Numbered from the whole stretch's first letter, positions 34,019-46,122 are shown. The stretch is DNA of 62,541 nucleotides, filler included, from Vannella sp. (GCA_023345925.1; 7 parts of 7 records of this genome joined end to end with filler, not necessarily neighbours in it), one strand, 5' to 3'. Notes: generated by a model from the letters alone, not told the origin. Made by a program: numbers and translations.

Positions 34019-35710
34019 TTACTCTGCGCGAGAAACCACACCTTGAGATGATAACTTGATGGAAGGAAGTGGAAGGGATTGGCCCAAAGGCGGCGAAGAG
34101 TGCTTGTAGACCGACACGCGCGAGAAGAATGGCATTTTGAGGGCTTGTTGGGCACTGCAGCGCTCTTCTGGATCGTAGGAGAGCATACTCTGAATGAGTT
34201 GGAGGAAGTCTTTGTCTTTGGGATGGACATAGTCCTATGTTGGGTGAGATACGCGCCGCCTTGATGAGTATTTGTCTAACCTGAATAGGTCGAATGCGAT
34301 TTAAAGCTGCGTAAGCCTTTCTATCTCTGCGAAGGTCTGACCATCTCAAGCGGCCATTCCTATCAAAGTATTCAATGGCTTCTCTCCTGCACCAGAAGTG
34401 AGCGAATGACATCTCTTGGAGAGGAGTACTGACTGCGCTTTCTTCCCAAAGCGAGAGGGAATAGGACCAAGAGCATAATCAAGCATTGCAAGATGCTCTA
34501 AATCATCTTTGGGGGAGAAAAGCACCTTCCCCGTGTACACTTCCATCAAAATGCAGCCAATGGCCCAAAGATCACTTGGATAGGACCAACCAGTGTTCAA
34601 TAGAACCTCAGGAGCCCGATAATGCCGTGTCCCAACGATGCGGCTGTGGTAGCTCTCCTGAAAGGTTGAATTTCCCATGTCAATGAGCCGGATTTCTGTG
34701 CTGGATAGAATCTCAATATCTTGTTCTTTGCGAGAGTCTTTCCTGCTCTCCTCTACTTCTTCCTTGAAGCTTTTCAAGAAGAGAATGTTCTCTGGCTTAA
34801 GGTCTGTATGGATTAGGCCCTGGTTGTGCATTCCTTCACCATCCCAAGTCAGATAGGCACTAAGTTATTGAGTGTATACGCACGAGCAAGGGCAACAAGC
34901 ATCTGCCAAGCAATATCCCTTATATGAGTTAAAGAACAGTACTTAATCTTCTCTATGTACTGGAGTAGTGGAGGGCCCAGCAACGGGAACACCAAGCACA
35001 CGTGGTTTCCAACAGCAAACCAATCAAGAAGCTCCACACAGCTCCTGAATGTATGTCAGGAGTTGCCATATTGAGATCGAGGAGGCCTACTCGTGCAGAA
35101 ACGGTTGGCGTAAGTGCATGATCTGGATTGTGTTGATTTCGATGAATGCAGACGATCGGTACTTCTTCTGTGAGCGCACTACTTTGATAGCAATGTCTTC
35201 TGAGTAGATCGGTCGCTCGTTGGCATCCTTGAGGACTGGGACACCCTCGATATCAGGGAATAAAGGTTTCCGATGAATCATCGAGCAACGGTACACCTTA
35301 CAGAAGGTTCCTTCACCCAGCTTGGATTCTATTTGGTCTGTAGGAGCAGAGGGTCCTTAGAAGCCACGAGAAGGGTGGATGGGGCGCCGCAGAGCTGCAA
35401 ACTAGAGGGACTTACACTTGTGCCCGATGACGTCGCCTCGCTTCAGGACCAGGTGGCCATCTGGATACTCAAAGTGATGGGCTTCATCATTGACAAGGAC
35501 ATTACGCTGCTTCATCCGCTCCAGAGTGGCAGGGAGTAGAGTAGCCCCTGGCGCCAAGGAGATCCATTCGTCATCCCCTCCGCTACTGCTCTCCTCTGAC
35601 GACGAACATGACCGAACCGAGGACTGCTGCCCATCCACTCTCCTCTTCTTCCTCACGCGCGAGCCCGAATGGGAGAACGACTCCCTGCCAGACCGAAGCC
35701 GCTTGCTCAT
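34019..35710 (-). CDS. CLK/LAMMER-like dual-specificity kinase, multi-exon
   Basis: LGEGTF, HTDLKPENIL, TRHYRAPEV, EHLAMLDYALGPIP (LAMMER variant), RS-rich N-terminus. Confidence 0.88.
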
Positions 35711-35761
35711 GGACCCTTTGAAATGGCTTTTTCTTGCACATTTACGTCATTATTGGTCCCA

Positions 35762-36497
35762 ATGGCAAGCCCAACGGCTGCTGGCAAGTATGAGGACGAG
35801 GATGAGGCTGTGACGGGGACGAGAGTGTCCCAATTTGACGATAACTTGACTCCTTTGGAGCGTGAGATGAAGCTGAAGTGGTTAAATAGACTCAGTTACG
35901 CTGTGGTGGCCTCCCCGCTTGTGTATGCGCCGATCCACTACTCGCGTACGTCTGATCTCCTCTGTGGGTGTGTCTCTGGGCTCTCTCTCATGCGGGTGGG
36001 GTGTCTGTAGTTAAGAAGACTGGTATCAAGCGATCTCTATACGTTCCCTTTGCTGCAAGTCAGTGATCATTGGCACACTTGAGGGAAGGGCTCGCTGACG
36101 GGCTCCTTCAGGTGTTGCCTTCCTCTCTGCAGCAGTGGTATCACTCAAGTTCACATACGACTTTATGGGCGAGTGCCTGGCTCTCCCTCCCAGTGAATAC
36201 GCTTCATCCGCTGAGTTGCACTTTTCGTTAGTCCTTATGGCAGGCTTGGGCACCCTCTGATGGCTGTGTAGGCTGAAGAAGCTGGGGCTGGTATACATTC
36301 ACCAGGATGGAAAGATGAAGTACTCCATCCTGGACCCTTCTGAGAAGGGCATCACCCGAGACACAAGCCAAGCCATTGATCTCTCTACCCCTGGTGGAAG
36401 GCCACCCGGCGGTGGCGGAGGAGGTGGTGGAGAGAGACCTGCAGAGGAAGTCAAGCACGTCCAAATCACGCCCATGCGCCCACAGACTAAGGAGTAG
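35762..36497 (+). CDS. Small 4-exon putative two-TM membrane protein
   Basis: The frame is kept by three GT-AG introns of typical size; two hydrophobic stretches; ends in a Gly-rich tail. Confidence 0.55.
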
Positions 36498-36575
36498 GAA
36501 CATGCAGACAACAGAAGACTGAGAGACCCACGAGCTAACTGACAACCACATGAACAAACGAAGTAACAAGAGAGT

Positions 36576-37055
36576 CTATGGTACAGGGGTCGGCCTTGAA
36601 GGGGCTCTCGGGGTCACACGATCGATCGCCCTTCGAAGGAGGGAGATTGGGCGGTGTTGCAAGACTGGAGCCACTTCAAAGGAGTTCTGGTCCATGGCAA
36701 GGTGGAATGCCGTCTGCTTTCTTTGATTCTTAGATGTCTTGGAGGCCCCGAGGAGGAGTAAAGCGCTGGCAGCGCCCCGCTTGTTGTGTCGAGCGCACCA
36801 ATGCAGTGGCGTGTCGCCTTCAGAGTCCTCCGCTTCTACGTTGGCGTGGAACTCTCCCAGCAAGGTAATCATATCAACCCGTCCTTCTCGACAAGCGTGG
36901 TGAAGGAGAGTCTCCTGATGCAGATTACGAGCATCCACCACAGAACCACTCCTTAGAAGGTCTCGCAGCTCCCCAAACTTGCCTCGCTGGACCAGCAAGT
37001 GAGCCACCGTATCTTCTGTGTCATACACCACGCCACAAGACGCTCTCAGCTCCAT
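36576..37055 (-). CDS. Small ankyrin-repeat protein
   Basis: ETLLHHACREG, GDTPLHWCARHN, QTAFHLA. Confidence 0.9.
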   Translation of the reverse strand: MELRASCGVVYDTEDTVAHLLVQRGKFGELRDLLRSGSVVDARNLHQETLLHHACREGRVDMITLLGEFHANVEAEDSEGDTPLHWCARHNKRGAASALLLLGASKTSKNQRKQTAFHLAMDQNSFEVAPVLQHRPISLLRRAIDRVTPRAPSRPTPVP

Positions 37056-37396
37056 TCTGCCCCAAACGTTGAGAAGCGCAGGTTAGTACGAAGAAATGAC
37101 CCCCAAAAAGGAAACCATTATTATTGCGCATTTATGTCATTCTGAAATCTTTTGTTTTTTGCCCCCTCGTGTCAATTGAGCGCAGCAAGTTCTCTGCGCT
37201 TCCCTCAACCACAGCCACCACAAACGTAGTACCCTATCGCCCACGTCAGCTACCGTTGCTCCGCCAGAACAGAGCAGGACAGAGCTGAGCTTACCCCGCT
37301 TCCACAGCCGCCACCAGCGCCATCTGGAAAGGAAAGAATGGTCCACTAGGCCATCCTTCATGCTTCGCACATGGTGGCGTCAATCCAATCCCCTTT

Positions 37397-37470
37397 GAAA
37401 AGTCACGAGCGGCGAGGGCATTTCCCCTCGTTTAGGTCCTTTCGAAGCACCCAAAACTCAAAAAATGAAA
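37397..37470 (+). repeat. Dispersed ~70-bp non-coding element, copy 2
   Basis: GAAAAGTCACGAGCGGCGAGGGCATTTCCCCTCGTTTAGGTCCTTTCGAAGCACCCAAAACTCAAAAAATGAAA. Confidence 0.85.
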
Positions 37471-37532
37471 TCAGACCAATTCTAGAGTTTTGGCTTTCCA
37501 AGAAATTTATTTTGCACGAACTTTCGTTGGCT

Positions 37533-37632
37533 NNNNNNNNNNNNNNNNNNNNNNNNNNNNNNNNNNNNNNNNNNNNTTAATTAATTAANNNNNNNNNNNN
37601 NNNNNNNNNNNNNNNNNNNNNNNNNNNNNNNN
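37533..37632. other. Artificial contig linker
   Basis: N-run / TTAATTAATTAA / N-run. Confidence 0.97.
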
Positions 37633-39436
37633 AGCTGTTGGTGATTGTTGAGCTATCAGGGGTGCGGAGAGACATCACTGCGCGGGATAATGGGAAAGTG
37701 CTCGCTGTTCTTGTTGAGATCAATGCTGCTGTCCTCGCTGGGTAAGTTTCAGACCCAAGAGGGAATAGCCATCCTAAGCTTCTTTCCAGAGAACCTCTCC
37801 TGACTCTGGAAGTCTGCCCTCACTTGCAGGACTACTTTGGGAACTGCGTTTCGTGTGGTTGCGCCGTTGATAAGTACGTGCAGCTCTCTCTTTAACAACC
37901 AATGCGATATTCGGATAGTACTGATCATTCAGTAGTAAGAACAGAAAGTCTGTTGCCGTCTCACATCACTCAATTGGACTTCGGGAGGTTGTGGAGGTGA
38001 GTTTCTCTCCTCCCAGTTGGTAGATGCACCTAATTAGACTCATTTCCGACTAGAAAGCACAACCCAAGGCCATTAAATCGAAAGAGGAGCTCCTCAAGTC
38101 CGGGAAGCTCATTTTACTGTTGGACTTGGACATGACAGTGATTCACGCCACTTTGGGAGAGCGAGCTGCAGCGAATATCCCTGACTCATTATCAGAGCAT
38201 CCTCTATTGAAAGACGAGATTCACCAGTTTCACGCAGGAAGCGATTTCTGGCTGAAAGTGCGCCCATTTACCAAAGAGTTTCTCACTTCTGCCAGCAAAC
38301 TCTTCGAGATTCATGTCTATACCGCGGGGGCACGCGTTTATGCAGACCAAATAGTGAAGATCATTGACCCAGACAGTCAATTCTTTAAAGGACGAGTTCT
38401 GACCCGAGATGAATCTCCCGACTCCCACAAAAAGTTCATCAGTCGCTTGTTCCCTTTCACACAGGAACTGGTCACCATTGTAGATGATAGTTGCGATGCT
38501 TGGAGTAATGATGTGGGTATACATCAACTATTCCGAATCCACCGATTCATGTTCTTCAACATTGTCCATAAGGATCATCAAATTGTCCCTGCTCCAAACC
38601 CCCTTCCCGAAGCAGATGGCACACTTGTAGATGGGCATCCTCAGTACTTTTGGATCAACAAAAAAGCTTGGAGAGATGAGGAGCTTCAGTTCTGCTTGGA
38701 TGCCCTCAAACGGGTCCATTCTCTCTTTTTTGAATCCCAGCCCCAGCTCCCCATCAAGAAACTAATGACTTGTGTTCGAAACAAAGTCTTGGAAGGAACA
38801 AATCTGCTGTTCAGTGGAATCGCTCCGAAAGGCCAGAATGTCTACAAGTAAGTATTCCCAAATCTAAATCTACCAGGACCTCATTCAGACATAGTTCGGC
38901 CCTTTGGAAGATCGCCTGCTCGTTTGGAGCCATATGCTCGACTGAGGAGAGCAAAGCAGTAACCCACGTGGTGGCTGCAGCTCCAGGATCAACCAAGTGC
39001 CTATGGGGAGCAAAGCAGGGTATTCCTGTCGTCCACCTTAATTGGCTGGTTTATTGCGTTCGCCATTGGCATCGACACAAAGAAGAAGCCTTTGATATCG
39101 CCAAGATGCCTTCCAAGTGTGACGAGGTATATTCTACTCATAACTTTCTCTCCCAAACTAACTAGTCTCCTCCACTAGAACATCTTAAAGAAGATTGACG
39201 CGGAAATGAAAAACTGCCTGCTCAGCTATCCAGTGGAAGGTAAACCAACTCATCTCTCCATCTTGAATTCCATCTGATTGACTTCCTAAACAGCGCGTTC
39301 TGTGACCTCACTGGACCTACAATCTCTGATGGACTCTTCAGAAAGTTCCTCAGAAGACCAGTCGATGGAGGTAGAGGAAGAAGAAGAAGAAGCTGATGAA
39401 GAGACCTCTCCCCCACCAAAGCGACAAAGAATGTGA
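37633..39436 (+). CDS. FCP1: RNA pol II CTD phosphatase FCP1, 5' truncated, multi-exon
   Basis: LDLDMTVIH (DxDxT), LKVRP, YTAG...YA, IVDD; BRCT (VTHVVAAAPGSTK, VVHLNWL). Confidence 0.92.
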
Positions 39437-39542
39437 TTGGGCGAGCCTAAATTCCATTTCAGGTACTTTCCAGCTGGAAAATAATATTATCTTTATGATA
39501 TGCGAGACGTGATATTTCGAGTTTATTCATTTGCATTTCTTG

Positions 39543-41072
39543 ATGGGACAGAGAGAGGGCGATGTGGAGGCTTGGTACGCGGATATCAAAGAAGAGACGT
39601 TTGCAACAGTCTTCATTCCTCTGACGATTGCGGATGCTCGTGCACTGATAGCATTGTTCTATCAGGACGTTGGTCTTGAGGACGCAGCAATAGAACAGCA
39701 CCGCCGAATCGCTGACCTCGAGGCAAGTCTCAACTCTTGGAGACTCTTGTCTGATGGCTCATCCAGGAAGCCATTGACCGCTCTATAAGACAATGGCCCA
39801 ACCGCGCAGCGTTCGTAAGGCTCTCTCACCTCAGCCCAAAGGATGGCGCCCTCTGTTTCATTGACGAGCTGCTTGGACTCTTCAAAGCAAACCTGGAAGG
39901 TGTCCCACGTAGTCGCAGCAAAGAGTTTGTTGAACTCAATCGTTCTATCTACGATGTGAGTACTCCAAAGTGGTCACGAGTCTCCTCCTCAACCGCAGAA
40001 GCTCTGCAAGGTCAAGACAGGCAAGAGAGCCCTCGAGTTCTTCTCCAAGAGTAGCCGTACGGCAGGGCACTTGAAGAATCAAATCCAGGAGAGTCAAGAC
40101 GGCGCCCCATGGGCGATGAACATCGTTGTGCGCCAGTGGAACGAGATTGCTCCTGAATACGAGTTCCGCGCGTTCGTGTGCGAAGGGAAGCTCACTGCTA
40201 TAACGCACTACTACAAGTTCTGCTATGTTGAAGACATTGCCATCAACAGAGCAGAGTACGAGGACGTGATGAAGGTGTACTACGAGAGTGTAGCGAATCG
40301 AGTGCCTCAGAGCTGTGTTCTCGACCTGTGCATTGATCCAAAGTCAAAGAAGGTGATGATTGTCGAACTTAACCCTTGGAGTGAGCATGCCAGTGCTGCG
40401 TTGTTCGATTGGGGGAAGGACAAGGATATCTTGGAAGGTCGAGCTCCTTTCGAGTTCCGTATCTCTGAACAGCCTCACGCGAACCTCCTGGAACGTGTGT
40501 CAACAAACGTGACTATACTTTGGCAGTCTCTGAGAGCTCCACGACCAGAGGAGGGCGATCCCCTACCCAACCGAGCAGTGCGCGAGGTTTACTCGTTCAA
40601 GTGGACGGACAAGAAGACGTTCCCCTTCCACGCTATCACCAAAAAATACGACATTCTAGCCCCTGTGGACTGGACTGGGCTGTTACAGAGCCTCTTGACT
40701 GCTCCTCGTTGCCACAGCGACTCGCTCTCGCGTTCGTATTGGCCGAACACCACCCGTGTAATACGCTGCTTTGCTGGGGTTTCTAAGTTTGCGTGCTTTG
40801 GTGATCAACTGAATGATGACTTGGTCACCACTACCTACGTCCTGATCCTTCTGGAAGTCGCCCTCGCCAACACGAAGACGAAAAACCAGAGTGAAGCACT
40901 GAAGGAGATGCAAGAGAGAGCAGTGGAGGCGTATCAGTTTGTGTTTGATTGCTTCTCTGTGGCACAGCAGAAGGCAGAACGATCGAATTTGGATTCTCCG
41001 CTGATGATGGACGTGCATAACAGTTGCCATCTGTTGGACAGCGTGCTCAAGGTACTGAAGAGGAAGGCTTGA
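39543..41072 (+). CDS. Cdc123/R2K-type ATP-grasp protein with a helical C-terminal extension; introns 39723-39766 (GC-AG) and 39956-39998
   Basis: VEAWY...TFATVFIPLT, AFVRLSHLSPKDG, EFRAFV...LTAITHY, IVELNPW...ALFDW. Confidence 0.85.
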
Positions 41073-41426
41073 TATCATAAACACTGGGGTTTATTCAATA
41101 ATCGTCTCCGCAAGCAAACCCTGAAACGTTGATCTCCTCTTCACATTGGCGGTCATTTGATAGACGACAGCGCGGCTGTAGCGGTGTACGTGTTGGCGAA
41201 CTGGAGAGTGTGGTACTCTTCAAAAGCATCTCCTTGAATGAACTTCATGCTTGTCTGACTTGGTGAACAACAAATGATACCCGAAACTTGGGATCCCACA
41301 TTGTCCTGGCTGACTCAATTTTGCTCAAAAGGAGATTTTGATTTGGGAGATCTTGGAATCTTGAGGAAACTGGGGGAAAGTAACATTTCCCCATTTTCCT
41401 GGGGGCATTTCCCCATTGGGTAGACT

Positions 41427-41463
41427 AAGTCGCGAGTGGCAAGGACATTTCCCCTTGTTGGGG
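41427..41463 (+). repeat. Degenerate partial copy of the dispersed element
   Basis: AAGTCGCGAGTGGCAAGGACATTTCCCCTTGTTGGGG aligns without gaps to AAGTCACGAGCGGCGAGGGCATTTCCCCTCGTTTAGG, differing mostly by transitions. Confidence 0.6.
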
Positions 41464-41523
41464 AAGGAGAGACAGGCCTAATTATGAAATATTCTGTTTA
41501 AACGGAGCCGTTTCATGGCCACT

Positions 41524-42341
41524 TCAAAGAGGCTCTGTTGGGAAAGGATCTTCGTTTGTGAGCTTTGCTGTGAATCGAGAGGAGTGCCACAAGCTGAGTT
41601 CGCGCTCCTCTTCATCGCGGCTGATAGGTGTTGGTGAGCAGCTAGCTGGACACCAAACGGGGATCCATCAGATGGTTTCTTACTCTTTGTCCTTCAATGG
41701 CAGCCAGAATCCTTTGAAGGATGATTGGCATTCCGGCAGCAGGCCCTGCTCAATCTCTCTCCCCAGGAAGTCTATCCAGTTCACCTTCCACTGCCAGAAT
41801 CCCAGGTGACCGAGGCAAGCAAGAATGCGGCCTGCACGGTGGGTTAGAGCAGTCAGCAATCCAGCCTCAGACACTCACTTATGCGGAGGTTGTTGTGAGA
41901 TCTCTCGTTCAAGTTCTCGTAGCGCTCTTTCCAACAATCGCTTCTCTTCACTGCTCTTCGTTGTCACCAGCAGAACAGAAGTGAGAACCCGTTTCACCCA
42001 CCTTCTCCGCTTTCGAGGTTGTCAAGCTCCATTCCATAGAAGTCCAGCATCATCTGATATGACTTGACAAAGCGCTCTCCGATCTCTTCACTAGCTCTCA
42101 TTCGTTTGGACTCTTCCTTGGTGAGAGCGGAGGCTTCCCCATTCACTCCAGGCCCCTCATAGATCGGGAAGAGCCACTGAATGTAGGAGTGGTGCGCTTC
42201 AAGTTGGTCATAGTCCCCCCACCATGTACGGTGGATCTCATCGATTAAGTCACCGTCCGGTAGAGAAGGGATTTGATTGTTGTAGAACTCCACGTTGGGA
42301 AGTGACTCACTAACTTTCGCCTTCATACTCTTCCTGATCAT
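41524..42341 (-). CDS. OGFr (opioid growth factor receptor) N-terminal-domain protein, multi-exon
   Basis: NVEFYNN...PDG, YDQLEAHHSYIQWLFP, MLDFYGMEL, NLNERSHNNLRISRILACLG. Confidence 0.85.
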
Positions 42342-42439
42342 GCGCCGATTTCTTGGATAGGAAGATACAGACAACCAAGTGCTGCCACGCACTCCCACCA
42401 GAGAAAGAATGAGGAAAATGATGGAACTTCGATTCATTT

Positions 42440-42704
42440 GGCAGCGTCCAGTCCTTGCAGGTGAAGTACGTGGGATGAAAGAAGGTTCCTAATGCCTTCA
42501 TGCAGTTACCAGGAACCTTCTTCCAGCACTTGGCGCAGATACGAGGCGTTGGAGGAGTACATGTGAGTGAACCACAAGGCATTCCCGTGGCATGTGGAGA
42601 TGGGTTTATTGCAACTGGTACAGAGGAAGCATCCCAAATGGTAGTTCTTGTTACAAGCACTGATCATCGTAGTTTCGATGGGCTTTCCACAAACAGAGCA
42701 AGGT
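42440..42704 (-). pseudogene. Degenerate tandem LIM-domain fragment
   Basis: CSVCGKPI...YHLGCFLCTSCNKPI in one frame, then CAKCWKKV...FHPTYFTCKDW in another. Zinc ligands are lost and the second half of each LIM is missing. Confidence 0.6.
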
Positions 42705-42804
42705 NNNNNNNNNNNNNNNNNNNNNNNNNNNNNNNNNNNNNNNNNNNNTTAATTAATTAANNNNNNNNNNNNNNNNNNNNNNNNNNNNNNNNNNNNNNNN
42801 NNNN
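42705..42804. other. Artificial contig linker
   Basis: N-run / TTAATTAATTAA / N-run. Confidence 0.97.
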
Positions 42805-43318
42805 AGTCATCAGGACACTCTGTGCAAACACGCGTTTTGGAACCCTCTTCCCCTTGGCTCGTGGATTTTCTCATAGCTTTTGGGGCCTTACTCATGGGGA
42901 TGGCTTCTGATCTTCTTAACTTGGGTGCGTGAATGACCATACTTGAGGAAATCAGGGAAATGGTCTTAATCATCAACAGATAGACCGTCGGGACGAGTGG
43001 AGATGGGAGGTAGCAATCCTTACTCTTTTTCATCCTCCACTCTCAAGGGAAGGAGAAGAGTGCGGCAAACCTTAACTCATATTCAATGTTTGAGACACTG
43101 GTGGCAGTCAGGTAGTGCCAAAGGACGAAAAGGTCAACTTTCTCACGGCGACCTAATTGGAGTCCTGAGTGATGTCCAAGGCAGGAATGTCAATTGTGAG
43201 AGGAATTTGAAAATTAATCGACTCCTCGTTTACTGCCTGCTCAGAGGTTCTGGAAGGAGAGAAGTTGATGGAATGTACTATTTACTGTTGCGCATGGAAC
43301 CCTATGGTGGCTAATTGA

Positions 43319-45531
43319 TTAAATATCTTCCGCCATCTCTTGCATGGCGCGCATGAACATGTTTCGTAGGAAATGGATTTGCATGGAGCCTAAATTTTGA
43401 CTATTGATCATGGCGTCCTCAATGTCTTCTGATGTCTTCTCAGAGTTCCCACTGGGACTCCACAAGTGCACATCATTTTCAATACCCGAGGAGGCCAATA
43501 TGGAAGAATCATAAGGATGTCCCTGAGCACTTTGTGAATACTTGTGAGCGCAGAGATAGAAGAAATACACACCACAATACAGTTGACAATATCTCTATCT
43601 CCTTGGAAGACGTTAACGATTGCCCCTGAGAAAGTATTCCAAAGGAAGATATTCCCGCAATCCGACCCAGACACGACATACTCGGAGTGAGCCCCAAAGA
43701 AGTTGACTGATTTGACTGTCCGAATGTTTGTGTGGCCTTCGTACTGTTGCTGGAACTTGTGTGCGTTTCTAATATTGCGGACTTCATCCTCGGTTGCAAA
43801 GGAATCGTCTGCAGTGCTAAAGCAGAAGATAGGATTGCCCCGACTGTAAGAGGCAACGAGTTGGGTGCCATTGTGATTGTAGGCCACTCCCGTGATATGA
43901 GAGGAGGAAGATTCACGAGATAGGGCGCTGTAAACGCCTTGGCATTGATTAGGTACTCGTCGGTCGAAGCTGTAGACTAAGCTGCTCTCCCCAGATACAA
44001 TAAAGCTGTTTGGCTGCAGCGGGTGCGAGTCCATGGACATGCAAGAAGAGACGTTAGCCAAGGTCGGTCCATTGCGGCGACAAATGTGGGGCTCTCGGAG
44101 ATCAAACAAGAGTACTTTGCCATCCTCTCCACAGCTCTGAAAGACCATAGGATTACTGGTGTCGACTGTCAATCGTTTAGCCTCACCGCGATGGCACGAA
44201 CAGATGAGCAGAGCATCGATTAGAGCCGGCTTCCGCGCCTGGGAGGCAGATTGCTCAGGAGTGTTTTGAAGATGCTCAATATCATACACTAAAACCTTCC
44301 CATCGCGCGCACACGAGATCGCCCTCTCGTTCTCGCCAGGAAGTAGATGAGCAGAGAATATGTTGGAAGTGTGCGACGTTTGGATGCGCGAGCGGCATCT
44401 CCCCTCTTGGTAATCCCAAATAGCCAGGGTTCTGTCATCACCTCCAGAGATGAGATACTGCCCGTCTCTACTCCAGTGGATAGTGTTCACACATCCTCCG
44501 TGGGCAGAAAGTGTCTTAAGAGGCTCGAGCCGCCGAGTGAATCTTGAAAGGGACGAGATTTGGTTGCAAAAAGCGCGCTGGCTTTGAATCTTGGGGAAGT
44601 AATAGCGTTTGTAGATGTCTGCTTGAGGTTCTGTTGCCGATTCCTCATCTGAAGAAGGTGCTTCTGGCTCTGGCGACTCACTGACATCATGGCAACCGCA
44701 ACAGCAGCAACAACAAGGACCTTCGGTCCCACTCATCTCCCCTTCCTCTTCTTGTTCTTCCCCTGTGTCTGTGGCTGAGAGAAGCGGAGGCGGTAAGTCG
44801 CTTGAGATGGGGCTGGAGCAGTCTGAGGGAGTGGGTTGTTCTGGAGAAGGTCCCTGAGAGACCTCCAAGTGAGTTCCATCGCCTGAATAGTCTTGGCGTG
44901 ACCTTTTCATCCCTACTGTTGGTTCACCTTCTGGCTCATCGCCCGGTTCGGGAGTACTCTGATGGGATTCCTGGTCTAGTTGCCTCATGAAGGACGAGAA
45001 ACTTGTAGAAGATGGAGAAGATGAATCACCGTCGTACCAGGACTCGAGAGATGGGAGAGAGTCTGACCTCACAGAAGATAAGCGAGTTTCCTCTTCCTCC
45101 TCTTCCTCCTCGTCTTCCTCGTCTTCCTCTTCTTCCTCCTCCATCTCCTCGTCTTCTTCTCCTAATAGACCTGGAAAGAGTTGGCGGTAGAGTTGGTGCG
45201 GAGTGGGAAGGAAACTCTCGCCTTCCTCTTCTTCCTCTTCCTCTTCACCATCATCGTCGTCATCGTGGCTGTGGGCCATGCTAAAGAGGCGATCTCGAAA
45301 CAGCTGCAAATCAAGCTCATCACTCTCATCGTCATCGTCCTCGTCGTCTTCATCATACATGCCATAATCATCAAAGAGATCCGGCATACCGCGAGCGTGC
45401 GATGGAGCGCCCGCAGGGCTCTCTCTCCGTGTAAACAGTGGGAACGGACTACCGTTCACCGAAGAGAGACCAATCTCCCTGGCCCGCAACAGGAACATCA
45501 GATGAGAGGCCTCGCCTCCCGTCCCCAGCAT
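43319..45531 (-). CDS. DCAF8/WDTC1-like WD40 DDB1-CUL4 substrate receptor
   Basis: H-box-like LLRAREIG, HGGCVNTIHW, HTSNIFSA, YEGHTNIRTVKSVNFFG, VVSGSDCG, GHPYDSSILASSGIE. Confidence 0.85.
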
Positions 45532-45597
45532 GGCCCAATAAAATGAGCCTTTCCTCCCATTTCCTCTCTTTCTGTGAGCCTTTAAAATCATCTTTTC

Positions 45598-46078
45598 ATG
45601 GCCGACACCGTTCTCCTGACAGACGCCGAGCTGGCCCAGTCTTTCGGCGTGAGTTCCTCGTTGGTGGAGGGTGGGATGGCACTAAGAAGGGTGTTAGACG
45701 TATGTGGAAGAGTGGAATGGTGTGTCGTTGGATAAGGAAACGAAGTACTTCTTCTCTGTGAGCTTTGGGGAAGGCAACAGGGTGGTGGAGGTGTCGTACA
45801 CGAGCGCGGGGAAGACAAAGTCGGAGGACTTGAAGATGTCCTTCGAGTTTGACCGTGCTACGTTGGAGGGCGTCAAGAAGACGGTTTGGTTGAAGAACGG
45901 AGGCGGAACCTTTGTGCGGGTGGACCGACAGACGCGAACCGAGACTTCTTTGGCGAATGAGTCGATGACGCTCTTCCTGTTGGGCCCGCGATGTGTCTTT
46001 GGTATCGACCTACCCCACGTTCTCCTGCATGAGTTGCGCGTTCAGAAGCGCCAGCTCGCCAATCTCGCGGCACGTTGA
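45598..46078 (+). CDS. Hypothetical beta-rich protein, 2 exons
   Basis: ATG at 45598 (MADTVLLTDAELAQSFG); a GTGAGT..TAG intron joins it to the 45704-46078 frame. Confidence 0.6.
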
Positions 46079-46122
46079 GGACTCGAAGTGTGGTACAATA
46101 ACGCGCCTTTATGTGACATCCT

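Noticed and set aside
41095..41248. Short minus-strand ORFs (e.g. MKFIQGDAFEEYH..., MLLKSTTLSS...) ending near an AATAAA
   Set aside because: Under 50 aa, with several competing frames and no recognisable motif. Cannot be supported without expression data.
42805..43033. Minus-strand ORF running into the contig end (…RVCTECPDD)
   Set aside because: Too short to assign. It may be the start of a gene on the missing sequence.
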